Assembly: GCA_028275205.1 (NCBI GenBank)
Contig: JAPWVB010000001.1
Coordinates: 1 to 38,557 of the forward strand
DNA: 38,557 bases
Source: Candidatus Acetothermia bacterium
Lineage (GTDB): Bacteria > Bipolaricaulota > Bipolaricaulia > RBG-16-55-9 > DRXL01
Direction of reading: 5' to 3'
Numbering within the stretch: position 1 is the stretch's first letter; every line of letters begins with the position of its first letter. Positions 22,526 through 31,757 of this stretch are shown one piece after another. A program made the translations under genes and the position numbers. Below the pieces are notes generated by a model. The model ran no database searches. It saw only the letters and a list, made by a program, of their open reading frames with translations, and was not told where the DNA came from.

Positions 22526-25324
22526 ATGACAAAAGTCTTTGGGATCGTCTTGGTAGCTCTCTGGGCAGGAGCCGTCGCGCTGGTCAGCGCACAAGAGTCC
22601 CCATCTGATCGCTATGTGCTGAACGTCTCGCTGGACCCAGAAGACCGCGTGATCTCCGGCACGGCGACGATTGACTACACGAACGACTCGGCAGTCCCAC
22701 TCTCAGCTCTCTATTTCTTGCTGATGCCCAATTACAGTCGGGAGCCCAATCCCCATCTCGCCCCAGCGGTGCTCGATAGCTCGTATTGGAGCGGGTTCGA
22801 TCCCGCATGGATGAAAGTCTTCTCGGTCAAGACGCCCGATGGGCAAGCCCTTGGGTTCGCGCTGGAGCGCGGGCCTGATTGGTTCCAGACGTACTCTCTG
22901 GACGACACGGTATTGCGCGTGGACTTGCCTCAGCCACTCGCCCCCGGCGCAAGAACAACAGTCGTCATCGAATTTGAGACGAAGTTTCCCCATGTCGCCG
23001 TTCCAGACGAGGGCTTTCACAACAGAACATTCACGTGGCGCTTCGGCTGGAGCCCCATCCCCGTGCCTGCGACTGAGCTCCTTGACGGACAATATATCGC
23101 CCCACGGCCATACTATAAGTTTCTGATGCCTGCGGCGCTCTACGAGATGGAGCTCACCTTACCAAAAGAGTACGTCGTCGCCGCCGGGGGGGACCATCAG
23201 ACTGAAGAACCCCATAAAGAGCTGAAAGGGCATAAAGTCGTGCGCGTCACCACGGATGTGCCCGTGCGCTCCATCCCCATCAGCATCAGCGATAAATTCA
23301 AGAAGTACGAACTTACTGAAGCGATTCCCATCGTTGTATACTACCGTCCAGGGCACGAGGCCAACGCGCGGTTGCTCGCGACGTACGCCCACGAGATCTT
23401 AGAGTATTACCAAGCGCACTTTGGGGCTTACAGCTACAAGCGCCTCGTGATCGTCGAAGCTTCCTCGGATGGATATTTCGGGATGACCGCCGATGGTCTG
23501 ACTATCTTAGGCAGCTCGTTCTTCTTCGAGAAGGACTTAGGGGTCGCGGGGGCGCTCGATCGTCTCACGGAGTATGTCTTGGCTCACGAGATCGCCCATC
23601 TGTGGTGGGGCATCGGCGTTGGAGCTGACCTCAACGCCGAGAATTTTCTCTCTGAAGCGTTCGCGGAGTATCTCTCGATCACGTACTTTGAGGAGAAGTA
23701 CGGGGAGTTTGAGCCCAATCTCATCCAGATGGAGCGCTCAGGACTGTTGGAGAAATTCATTCAGTCGCAGCTGGGGTATTTGAATCTCAGACGGCACTTG
23801 AGCGAGCTGCCCTACGTGCTCGCTCACAAAGATCGCTTCGATGAGGCGATCGTCAAGCCCCAACACGATGTGCGCTACGCCAACTATAGCGCCGTGAGGC
23901 TCTACAATAAGGGCTATCTCGTCCTGCGGGCGCTGCGCGGGCTGCTGGGGCACGAGATGATGAATCAGATCTTGCGCACTGCTTATGAGCGCTGGGCTCA
24001 TAAATTCATCACGGTGAAAGAGTTCGAGAGCTTAGTCGAGGAGATCTCCGGGAGAGATCTTTCAGAGTTCTTTGCAGCCTGGCTCCATCGCGATGACGAC
24101 CCCGCACTCTACTTAGATTACGCCGTCACAGGTTTTGAGAACCAACCTTTGGAGCTTCCCAAAGATGCCCCCAAGGAGAGCGAGCGGTACCTCGTGCGCG
24201 TCTTCTTGGAGCGCAAGGGCCCCATTCGCATGCCTGTCACGATCGTGGCCGTCTCCGAACTCAACGAAGAGTTTACGTATACTTACGAGAGCGACAAGCC
24301 CGCAGAGACCTGGGAGCTTCGCTCCAAGCACCCCATCAAAGAAGTCCGGGTTGATCCCAACGAAGTCACCCCCGACGTCAATCGCTTAAATAATTACTAT
24401 CCCACAAAGACGCGCGTCATCACCAACGGTGATAACGATCTCCCCTTAGATGCATATCTAGTCCGCGTCAATCCCTTGGGGCAGACGGTCGAGATCGGCT
24501 TTCTCAACGACTATCGGATCGTTTTTGCCAATGGCTACGCTGGAGGATGGCTCAATCTCGGGCGCGGAACTATTGCTTCGGCGATCATAGCCCCGACCCC
24601 TACGGATATATTTGGGCTGGTGAGCATCAGTTGGTTGACGTTTGCCCAGCCCGATATTGGGTATCGCGGGACGTGGTGGGTCACCCACGAACAATTTGCC
24701 CTAACGGTAGCCCGATTGCTCGATGCACCTGAGGGGCCAAGTGGCCCCTTCGCCCCAGTCGTCTTTGCCGCGTTCGATTACCAGCGCAGCGAGCTCTTGC
24801 GCGATCTCTATATCTTTGGGCTCTCTCTGCGCCAAGGGCTCGATTTCACGCAGCTGTCGCTCCAGGGGATCACGCGGCTGCGCGTGTGGCCCAACGTCTA
24901 TCTCGATGTCGCGGGCGACCTGGGCGTGGGCTTCAACACCCGCGGGAGCTTTCGATTCACCTTGAGCGAGCTCAGCAGCTTCAAGGACACCAAGGGCTTC
25001 CCGTTTACAGATAGATTCCGGTGGTTTGGGTACGCGGCGCTGCACTTCCCGCTCCAGCGCGAGATGGATTATAACATAGTCAATCTCGCGCTGGTCAAGG
25101 AGATAGACCAAGCGATCTATGTGGCGGCAGGGCGCACCGCCCCAACGTTTGAGAGCTGGCTCAGCGCTGCAGGCGCGAAGGTCGAAGCGGGGATCGAGTT
25201 TCACGTTCGCGGCTCCAGCATCGGCGGGCTGTTGCCCTTCACGGTGGTGTTGCGCCTCAGCTATCCCGTCGTTGGGGCCACGGAGCAGAATCTTCTCATC
25301 TCGATTGGGGTGGCGTTGCAATAA
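22526..25324 (+). CDS. Secreted M1-family (gluzincin) zinc metallopeptidase with a ~310-aa C-terminal beta-rich extension resembling an Omp85-type barrel
   Basis: 932 aa. Signal peptide MTKVFGIVLVALWAGAVALVSAQ. HEIAH at 23585-23599 with the third zinc ligand Glu exactly 18 residues later (GAA 23654-23656), giving HEXXH-X18-E. The upstream GXMEN position reads FGMTAD (degenerate). For the C-terminal region (approx 24383-25321) see findings. Confidence 0.8.
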   Translation: MTKVFGIVLVALWAGAVALVSAQESPSDRYVLNVSLDPEDRVISGTATIDYTNDSAVPLSALYFLLMPNYSREPNPHLAPAVLDSSYWSGFDPAWMKVFSVKTPDGQALGFALERGPDWFQTYSLDDTVLRVDLPQPLAPGARTTVVIEFETKFPHVAVPDEGFHNRTFTWRFGWSPIPVPATELLDGQYIAPRPYYKFLMPAALYEMELTLPKEYVVAAGGDHQTEEPHKELKGHKVVRVTTDVPVRSIPISISDKFKKYELTEAIPIVVYYRPGHEANARLLATYAHEILEYYQAHFGAYSYKRLVIVEASSDGYFGMTADGLTILGSSFFFEKDLGVAGALDRLTEYVLAHEIAHLWWGIGVGADLNAENFLSEAFAEYLSITYFEEKYGEFEPNLIQMERSGLLEKFIQSQLGYLNLRRHLSELPYVLAHKDRFDEAIVKPQHDVRYANYSAVRLYNKGYLVLRALRGLLGHEMMNQILRTAYERWAHKFITVKEFESLVEEISGRDLSEFFAAWLHRDDDPALYLDYAVTGFENQPLELPKDAPKESERYLVRVFLERKGPIRMPVTIVAVSELNEEFTYTYESDKPAETWELRSKHPIKEVRVDPNEVTPDVNRLNNYYPTKTRVITNGDNDLPLDAYLVRVNPLGQTVEIGFLNDYRIVFANGYAGGWLNLGRGTIASAIIAPTPTDIFGLVSISWLTFAQPDIGYRGTWWVTHEQFALTVARLLDAPEGPSGPFAPVVFAAFDYQRSELLRDLYIFGLSLRQGLDFTQLSLQGITRLRVWPNVYLDVAGDLGVGFNTRGSFRFTLSELSSFKDTKGFPFTDRFRWFGYAALHFPLQREMDYNIVNLALVKEIDQAIYVAAGRTAPTFESWLSAAGAKVEAGIEFHVRGSSIGGLLPFTVVLRLSYPVVGATEQNLLISIGVALQ

Positions 25325-27735
25325 TGCGTGTCCCGTATAGATGGCTGACGGAGTTTGTAGATGTTCCCATAGAGCAGAGCTTCGTGCAGGAGCTTGCGGA
25401 GCGGCTGACGGTAGCCGGGCTTGAGGTCGCGGCGGTCGAGCGCGTGGGCAAGCCCGAAGGGATCGTCGTGGGGAGGGTGCTGACGGTCAGTCCCCATCCC
25501 AGTGCTGACCGACTGAAGATCTGCGAAGTCTCCCTGGGGCGCGAGACCGTGCGATTAGTCTCCGGAGCGCCCAATCTCGCTGAGAATGTGCTCGTGCCCG
25601 TCATCCGAGCTGGGGGGCGGCTACCCGACGGCAAGATCGTCGAGACCGCGGTCTTCCGTGGGGAGCGCTCCGAGGGGATGATCTGCTCTCGCGCCGAACT
25701 GGGGCTCGAAGAGAAGTCTCCGGGTATATGGATCTTGGAGAGCGAGCTGGGCTGCCAAGTCGGCCAAGACTTCGCTCAGTATTTGGAGTTCGATGATTTT
25801 ATCTTAGTCCTAGAGACGAAATCGAACAGACCAGACGCGCTCAGCGTCCTTGGGGTCGCTCGGGAGATCAGCGCGCTCTATGATCTTGATCTGCGCAAAC
25901 CTCCTCTTGCTCTCACCGAGGGCACCGAAGAGATCGAGCGCTTCGCTTCCGTACAGATCGAAGATGTTCACGGCTGCCCGCGCTACGCGTGCCGCCTCTT
26001 CCGCGATGTCCGCTGGGGGCCAGCGCCGCTCAAGATTCAGCATAGACTCGTCAAGGGCGGCCTGCGCCCCATCAGTAACATCGTAGACGCAACAAATTAT
26101 GTGCTCTTGGAGCTGGGCCATCCCACCCACGCGTTCGACTATGACAAGCTCGAAGGGCAGAGGATCATAGTGCGGCGCGCGCGCCCCGCTGAGAAGATCG
26201 TCACGCTCGATGGGGTCGAGCGGGCCCTCAGCGCGAATGACTTGGTCATCGCTGATGCGCGCAAGCCCGTGGCTGTCGCTGGGGTCATGGGGGGCGCCGA
26301 GACCGAAGTCTCCGAAACGACTCACAGAGTCTTATTGGAATCTGCGTACTTTGACCCGGTCTCGGTGCGGCGCACCGCGAAGCGGCTGGGGCTGCGCACG
26401 GAAGCGAGCCATCGCTTCGAGCGCGACATGGACCCAGAGATTCTCATCACCGCGCTCGATCGCGTGGGGACGCTGCTGCAGCAGTGGGGAAGCTGCTCAG
26501 TCGCCCGTGGGGTCATTGATATTTATCCCAAGAAATTTGCTCCGCGCTCCTGCGTGCTGCGCCACAGCCGCATTACTAAGATCTTAGGGGTAGAGATCCC
26601 CCCAGAGCAGAGCGAAAAGATCTTGCGGAGATTAGAGTTCTCCCTGGAGCGCGAGGGGGCAGATCGCTGGCGCGTGGGGATTCCCAGCTTCCGCCGGGAA
26701 GTGGAGCGCGAGATAGATCTCATCGAAGAGATTGGGCGCATCTACGGGTACGACAAGATCCCCGCGGAGCGCCCGGCGCTCCCCTTGGTGGCGGGCCGCC
26801 GCGAGCGCGTCGAGGAGCTCAAAGACAGAATCCGAAGGATTCTCACGGCGCTGGGCATAAGCGAGGCCGTCAACTTCGGGTTCGTCTCCAAAGCCGATGC
26901 CGAGCTCTTCGGCATGAACGATGCCCTGGTGCGGCTGCGCAACCCCATGAGCGACGAGTCCTACGCGCTGCGCCCAAGCCTCTGGCCAGGGCTGGTGCGC
27001 AATCTCCAGTATAATGCGTATCAGCAAGTTGAGGGGGTCCGGCTCTTCGAGATCGGCAAGGTCTTCTCTCTTGAAGGCTCAGCAGTACGCGAGCGGATCT
27101 CGTTAGGAATCGCGCTCGCCGGACGAGCGCTCATGCCCCTGCGCGGCAAGGAGCAGTTCTATGATTTCTATGATCTCAAGGGGATCGTGGAGACGATGCT
27201 CAGCGAGCTGGGGCTGAAGAATTTCGTCTTCGAGCCAAGCTCGGAGAAGATCTTGCATCCGACGCGCCAAGCGTTTGTCAAAGCCAAGGACGACATCTTA
27301 GGTATCTTGGGCGAGCTCCATCCCGATATGACGCAGCGCTACGATCTGCCCTGGAGGGTCTATCTCTTCGAGATGAACGTGGAAGAGATCTATCACCGCT
27401 TGCAGACGATCGCTCTCCCTCAGTGGACGGAGCTCCAAGCTCGGGTGACCCCCAAGTATCCGGCCTCGCGGCGGGATCTGTCGCTCTTGGTGCCAGAGCA
27501 CGTTCCTGAAGCGAGCGTGCGGCGCATCCTCGAGAGCGAGCGCCGCGTCGAGCGCGTCTTCTTGTACGACTTATATCGCGGCAGCCAAATCCCTCAAGGG
27601 ATGAAGAGCTTGACGTATGAAATTACGTTCCGGGACTGGACCAAGACGCTCAGCGACGACGAGGTCAACGAGATCGTCGCACGCCTCGAAGCGCGCCTCA
27701 AAGAAGAGCTGGGCGTGCAGATGAGAAAGATTTAG
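25324..27735 (+). CDS. pheT: Phenylalanine--tRNA ligase beta subunit
   Basis: 803 aa. N-terminal MRVPYRWL..FV and tRNA-binding OB fold (VGRVL.V.PHP.ADRL.ICEV), B3_4 and B5 regions, and a C-terminal FDX-ACB domain. The ATG overlaps the upstream stop (TAATG). Confidence 0.95.
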   Translation: MRVPYRWLTEFVDVPIEQSFVQELAERLTVAGLEVAAVERVGKPEGIVVGRVLTVSPHPSADRLKICEVSLGRETVRLVSGAPNLAENVLVPVIRAGGRLPDGKIVETAVFRGERSEGMICSRAELGLEEKSPGIWILESELGCQVGQDFAQYLEFDDFILVLETKSNRPDALSVLGVAREISALYDLDLRKPPLALTEGTEEIERFASVQIEDVHGCPRYACRLFRDVRWGPAPLKIQHRLVKGGLRPISNIVDATNYVLLELGHPTHAFDYDKLEGQRIIVRRARPAEKIVTLDGVERALSANDLVIADARKPVAVAGVMGGAETEVSETTHRVLLESAYFDPVSVRRTAKRLGLRTEASHRFERDMDPEILITALDRVGTLLQQWGSCSVARGVIDIYPKKFAPRSCVLRHSRITKILGVEIPPEQSEKILRRLEFSLEREGADRWRVGIPSFRREVEREIDLIEEIGRIYGYDKIPAERPALPLVAGRRERVEELKDRIRRILTALGISEAVNFGFVSKADAELFGMNDALVRLRNPMSDESYALRPSLWPGLVRNLQYNAYQQVEGVRLFEIGKVFSLEGSAVRERISLGIALAGRALMPLRGKEQFYDFYDLKGIVETMLSELGLKNFVFEPSSEKILHPTRQAFVKAKDDILGILGELHPDMTQRYDLPWRVYLFEMNVEEIYHRLQTIALPQWTELQARVTPKYPASRRDLSLLVPEHVPEASVRRILESERRVERVFLYDLYRGSQIPQGMKSLTYEITFRDWTKTLSDDEVNEIVARLEARLKEELGVQMRKI

Positions 27736-27737
27736 AT

Positions 27738-28619
27738 ATGCTCATCACGCGCACGATTGCAGAGACGCGCACCGCGATCGCGCACGCCCGCGCCCAGGGC
27801 AAGCGCATCGGCTTTGTGCCCACGATGGGGTATCTGCACGAAGGACACCTCCAGCTCATAGATATTGCGCGACAGCACAGCGACTTTGTCGTCGTGAGCA
27901 TCTTTGTCAATCCCACGCAATTTGGCCCTCACGAGGACTTCGCTTCGTATCCTAGAGATTTCGAGCGCGATAGAACACTCTGCGAGGCGCGCGGGGCAGA
28001 TCTCATCTTCGCGCCAGAAGTCTCGGAGATGTACCCCGAACGCTCGCTCATCACGTTTCAGATCGAAAAACTAGCTGACCGTCTCTGTGGGGCGCGGCGG
28101 CCGGGGCACTTCAACGGGGTCGTCTTGGTCGTGAGCAAGCTCTTCAACATTGTGCAGCCGGACATCGCCGTCTTTGGGCAGAAAGATGCGCAGCAGCTCA
28201 TCATCATCAAAAGACTTGTGCAAGACCTGAACTTCCCCGTCAGAATCATCTCTGCGCCGACGGTGCGCGAGCCCGATGGCTTAGCCATGAGCAGTCGCAA
28301 TGTGTATCTCTCCCCGACGCAGCGGGCGCAGAGCACCGTGCTCTATAAGTCGCTGCAAAGAGCGAAGACTCTCATCGAATCCGGCGAGCGCGACGCAAAG
28401 AGAGTCATCGCTGAGATGGAGAGGGTCATCGCCACGGCGAGCGAAGCGAAGATAGACTATATCGAGATCGTGCGCGTGAGCGATCTGCAGCCCATCGAGA
28501 AGCTAGACGGGCTAGTGTTGATCGCGCTGGCGGTCTACTTCGGCAAAGCGAGATTGATAGATAATATCATCCTTAACGTGAGCGACCGCGCCGTGCGCGA
28601 GATCGCTGCTCTCCCTTAA
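27738..28619 (+). CDS. panC: Pantoate--beta-alanine ligase
   Basis: GFVPTMGYLHEGHLQL, SIFVNPTQF, FGQKDAQQ, MSSRN. Confidence 0.95.
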   Translation: MLITRTIAETRTAIAHARAQGKRIGFVPTMGYLHEGHLQLIDIARQHSDFVVVSIFVNPTQFGPHEDFASYPRDFERDRTLCEARGADLIFAPEVSEMYPERSLITFQIEKLADRLCGARRPGHFNGVVLVVSKLFNIVQPDIAVFGQKDAQQLIIIKRLVQDLNFPVRIISAPTVREPDGLAMSSRNVYLSPTQRAQSTVLYKSLQRAKTLIESGERDAKRVIAEMERVIATASEAKIDYIEIVRVSDLQPIEKLDGLVLIALAVYFGKARLIDNIILNVSDRAVREIAALP

Positions 28620-28813
28620 AATCTCACGTTCACTACCGTCGCGGAGATCGCTAAGCCGACCTTGGCGTTATACCCAATAGTAGCCCCCAGAGCCGCCAAG
28701 GCCATCGGGCTGAGAAGAACTTCGATAGGCTCCATCGAAGCACTCTGGTACCCGCATTCCCAAGAGGTCTTGTTCTTCTCTGGCTCTTCTATGCGCTTGC
28801 AGTATACGATCAC
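28616..28813 (-). CDS. Small hypothetical ORF (65 aa), doubtful; possibly a remnant of an outer-membrane beta-barrel gene
   Basis: The only ORF in the 214-nt panC/hom gap. TATAAT (28830-28825) lies 11 nt upstream of the GTG at 28813. The C-terminus ...GYNAKVGLAISATVVNVRF resembles an OMP beta-signal. No family recognised. Confidence 0.25.
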   Translation of the reverse strand: MIVYCKRIEEPEKNKTSWECGYQSASMEPIEVLLSPMALAALGATIGYNAKVGLAISATVVNVRF

Positions 28814-28833
28814 CTCCTGAGCGTATTATACAC

Positions 28834-29910
28834 TCAGCGGGCCAAGATGAGAATATCCGCGAGCACGCCCGAAGCCGTCAGCTCCGGCCCCGATCCCTTG
28901 CCTCGAATAATTAAAGAACTCTCGCGATAGCGCGCCGTCTGCACAGCGACAACGCTATCGGCTACCCCCGGACGCACCAGCTCATCGTCAGATTTCAGTC
29001 TTTCGAGCCGAGCTTGACAACGCCCTTCAGTCACTTCAACGACGTAGCGTAGCCTCTCTCCCCGCGCTTGGACGTCTCGACTGAGCTCCGCCCATCGGGC
29101 GTCGTGCTCCGACAGACGCACTAAGAAATCTTCTATAGAAAGCGTATCCCACTCTGGGGGATAGAGCGACTCGCGCGATACGTCCTCAAACTCTAGGGGG
29201 TACCCAAGCAAGCGCGCTAATATCAGCGCTTTACGGGCAGCGTCGCGTCCGGAGAGATCTTCTCGAGGGTCGGGCTCGGTGTGGCCGCGCGCCCTGGCGT
29301 CCCGCACGATCTCTGAAAATTTCTGCCCCTGCTCCAGTCGCTGACAGATCATATTGAGCGTTCCTGAGAGACACCCGCGGATTTTCTGAATAGTATCCCC
29401 AGTGTCAAGCAAGAACGATTGTATGGTCACGATGATGGGCAGCGCCGCGCCCACCGTCGTCTCAAAGCGCGTTCTGGGATTGGCCGTCAACTCACGAAAG
29501 AGCTCATAGGGCCCAGCCAGCGGCAGCTTATTGGCCAAGACGATCCCAAGACCCCGTGCGCACGCCGCGCGCAGCACGGGCACAGTCGCTTCTGTAGCCG
29601 TCACCTCCACGACGATCGCATTGGGCTCGAAAAGATCTTCTAAAATTTCAGGGCTGCCGTCCCACGGACGGCCCTGGGGCAGAGCCCGCAGCCGCGCCCC
29701 TTGCGCTTTCGCTGCGACGATCTCTGTCAGCCTCTCATCAGAAAGCCCATCTCTATTGATGACGATCCCGTCGCGATCCGCAAGAGCGATATACTGAAGC
29801 GAGAGTCCGAGTCGCTGGGTATGATGGGAACGCTGCGCGAGGATGTGGCGCACAAGCGCCCGACCTACGCCCCCTAAGCCCAACTGAATCAGCGCGATGC
29901 GTTTCGTCAT
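28834..29910 (-). CDS. hom: Homoserine dehydrogenase (ThrA-like catalytic type, no ACT domain)
   Basis: Rossmann motif IALIQLGLGGVG. Catalytic-domain pattern TVGAALPIIVTIQSFL.TGD.I..I.G.LSGTLN.I and ..ARARGHTEPDPREDLSGRDAARK. ATGA overlap with the rsmI stop. Confidence 0.85.
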   Translation of the reverse strand: MTKRIALIQLGLGGVGRALVRHILAQRSHHTQRLGLSLQYIALADRDGIVINRDGLSDERLTEIVAAKAQGARLRALPQGRPWDGSPEILEDLFEPNAIVVEVTATEATVPVLRAACARGLGIVLANKLPLAGPYELFRELTANPRTRFETTVGAALPIIVTIQSFLLDTGDTIQKIRGCLSGTLNMICQRLEQGQKFSEIVRDARARGHTEPDPREDLSGRDAARKALILARLLGYPLEFEDVSRESLYPPEWDTLSIEDFLVRLSEHDARWAELSRDVQARGERLRYVVEVTEGRCQARLERLKSDDELVRPGVADSVVAVQTARYRESSLIIRGKGSGPELTASGVLADILILAR

Positions 29911-30668
29911 AGAGATTCTCCTAGCTGTTGCGTTTGTGGCCGAGTCTCCATCGGCCCAAGGACGAGCGTGATCTCCCCTTTGATCGTCGGGCGAGCCCGG
30001 AGATTGTCGAGAATTTGTTGGACTGTGCCGCGCACGATCTCCTCGTGCATCTTTGTGAGTTCTCGGCAGAGCGCCAAGGGTCTGTTGGGAAAGATTTCAG
30101 CCATCACTTCCAGGGTCTTCAGCACCCGATGGGGGGACTCATAGAGCACGATCGTGCGGGGCTCTTGGGAGAGATGGGCGAAAAACCCGCGCTTGGCTTT
30201 GGGTTTTTTCGGCGGCACCCCCGCGAAGACGAAGCTCTCCGTAGGAAAGCCCGAGACGATCAATGCCGTGATCAGCGCCGTCGGCCCTGGGATGGGCACT
30301 ATAGAAATATTTTCAGCGATAGCGCGACGGACTAGCCCATAGCCTGGATCAGAGATGAGCGGCGTGCCCGCATCACAGATGAGCGCGATCTGGGCGCCAG
30401 CTTTGAGTTTTTCTATAAAATACTCGACGCGCTCGCGCTCCACCCCGCGATACAAGCTGCGCTCGAAGGGCTTTTCGATCCCATAGTGCGCCAGGAGCTG
30501 GCGCGAGCGCCGCGTGTCCTCAGCGATGATGAGATCGCACTCCTTAAGCACTCTCAAGGCTCGCAGCGTGATATCTTCTAAGTTCCCAATCGGGGTCGCC
30601 ACGATGTAGAGCGTGCCGGTTGCATTTTCCACGGGACAATCATAGAATACTTTTAGTAGCCTGTGCAA
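29907..30668 (-). CDS. rsmI: 16S rRNA (cytidine1402-2'-O)-methyltransferase
   Basis: GTLYIVATPIGNLEDITLRALRVL...DLIIAEDTR and the tetrapyrrole-methylase fold pattern. The start is uncertain: TTG at 30668 lies only 10 nt from the divergent prfB ATG, and GTG at 30632 is an alternative. Confidence 0.9.
   Translation of the reverse strand: MHRLLKVFYDCPVENATGTLYIVATPIGNLEDITLRALRVLKECDLIIAEDTRRSRQLLAHYGIEKPFERSLYRGVERERVEYFIEKLKAGAQIALICDAGTPLISDPGYGLVRRAIAENISIVPIPGPTALITALIVSGFPTESFVFAGVPPKKPKAKRGFFAHLSQEPRTIVLYESPHRVLKTLEVMAEIFPNRPLALCRELTKMHEEIVRGTVQQILDNLRARPTIKGEITLVLGPMETRPQTQQLGESL
30620..30648 (+). promoter_or_regulatory. Candidate prfB promoter (TTGCAT-17 nt-TAGAAT) embedded in the 5' end of divergent rsmI
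   Basis: TTGCAT at 30620-30625, 17-nt spacer, TAGAAT at 30643-30648, SD AAGGAGGA at 30667-30674, ATG at 30679. Confidence 0.4.
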
Positions 30669-30678
30669 GGAGGAAGAG

Positions 30679-31750
30679 ATGTTGCAAGAACTTCGCGATC
30701 GGTTGAACCAGATCGCTGATCGTCTTTGACTTAGCAGTTCTCGAAGCCGAACTCAAGAGCCTCGAAGACCAGATGGCTGCGCCGGGCTTCTGGGAGGACA
30801 AGCAGCGAGCAAAGCTCGTCTCTCAGCAAGTTGAGCAGAAGCGCCGGATTTTGCAGAAATACAAAGCGCTGGAGACCCAGCTCGACGACTTAGAAGTCCT
30901 AGAAGAGCTGGGCAAGTCTGAGGGCGACCCCTCCGTGGAGCGCGAGGTGCAGTTGGGCGCTCAAGAGCTCTCCAAGCGCTTAGAAGCCCTAGAGCTGGAA
31001 GCGTTTCTCAACGAGCCCTACGATCCCAACGACTGTTACTTGAGCATTCAAGCGGGGGCCGGAGGCACTGACGCTCAAGATTGGGCCGAGATGCTCTTGC
31101 GCATGTATCTGCGCTATGTAGAGCGTCGGGGGTGGCGGGCGAGCATCATCGAAGTCAGCCCTGGGGAAGTCGCGGGGATCAAGAGCGCGACGGTTGAAGT
31201 CTTGGGGCCCTATGCGTACGGGTATTTGAAGGCCGAGCGCGGCGTCCATCGCTTAGTCCGAATCTCCCCGTTCGATGCCAACGCGCGACGGCATACATCG
31301 TTCGCTGCCGTGACGGTCATTCCCAAGGTCGAGGATGTGGATATCGAGATTCGCCCTGAAGATCTGAAGATTGACACGTTCCGGGCCGGGGGAGCCGGCG
31401 GGCAGTATGTCAACAAGACTGAGTCAGCCGTACGAATTACGCATCTGCCCACGGGGATTGTGGTGACGTGTCAGCGGGAGCGCAGCCAGCAGCAGAATAA
31501 AGAGATCGCGTTAGAGCTGCTTGCGGCGCGGCTATACGAGCTGAAGCTGCGCGAGAGAGAGCAAGAGATCGCAAAAGTGCGCGGGGAGTTGCGCGCGATC
31601 GAGTGGGGCAGCCAGATTCGCTCCTATGTCTTGCAGCCCTATCAGTTAGTGAAAGACCATCGCACGGAGATCGAAGTGGGCAACGTCCAAGCAGTCTTGG
31701 ACGGCGAGCTCGATCTGTTTATTGAGGGGTATCTCAAGCGAAGAAGATGA
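30679..31750 (+). CDS. prfB: Peptide chain release factor 2, expressed through a programmed +1 ribosomal frameshift
   Basis: Frame 0 runs ATG 30679 to CTT 30724-30726 and encodes MLQELRDRLNQIADRL, then an in-frame TGA (30727-29). The +1 frame from 30728 continues DLAVLEAELKSLEDQMAAPGFWED... and joins the 325-aa ORF-track ORF. SPF tripeptide (RISPFD) and GGQ motif (RAGGAGGQYVNKTESAVRITHLPTG) are present. Confidence 0.9.
30724..30730 (+). other. prfB +1 frameshift site CTT TGA C
   Basis: The heptamer CUU UGA C is identical to the classical RF2 autoregulatory shift site. Confidence 0.85.
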
Positions 31751-31757
31751 TTACACC

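Noticed and set aside
28680-28720. GAGCCGCCAAGGCC resembles part of the SRP RNA (4.5S) domain IV segment GCAGCCAAGGC
   Set aside because: The flanking conserved GGAA tetraloop and the symmetric-loop sequences (GUCC-GGAA-GGAAGCAG) are absent on both strands, and no long closing helix is evident.
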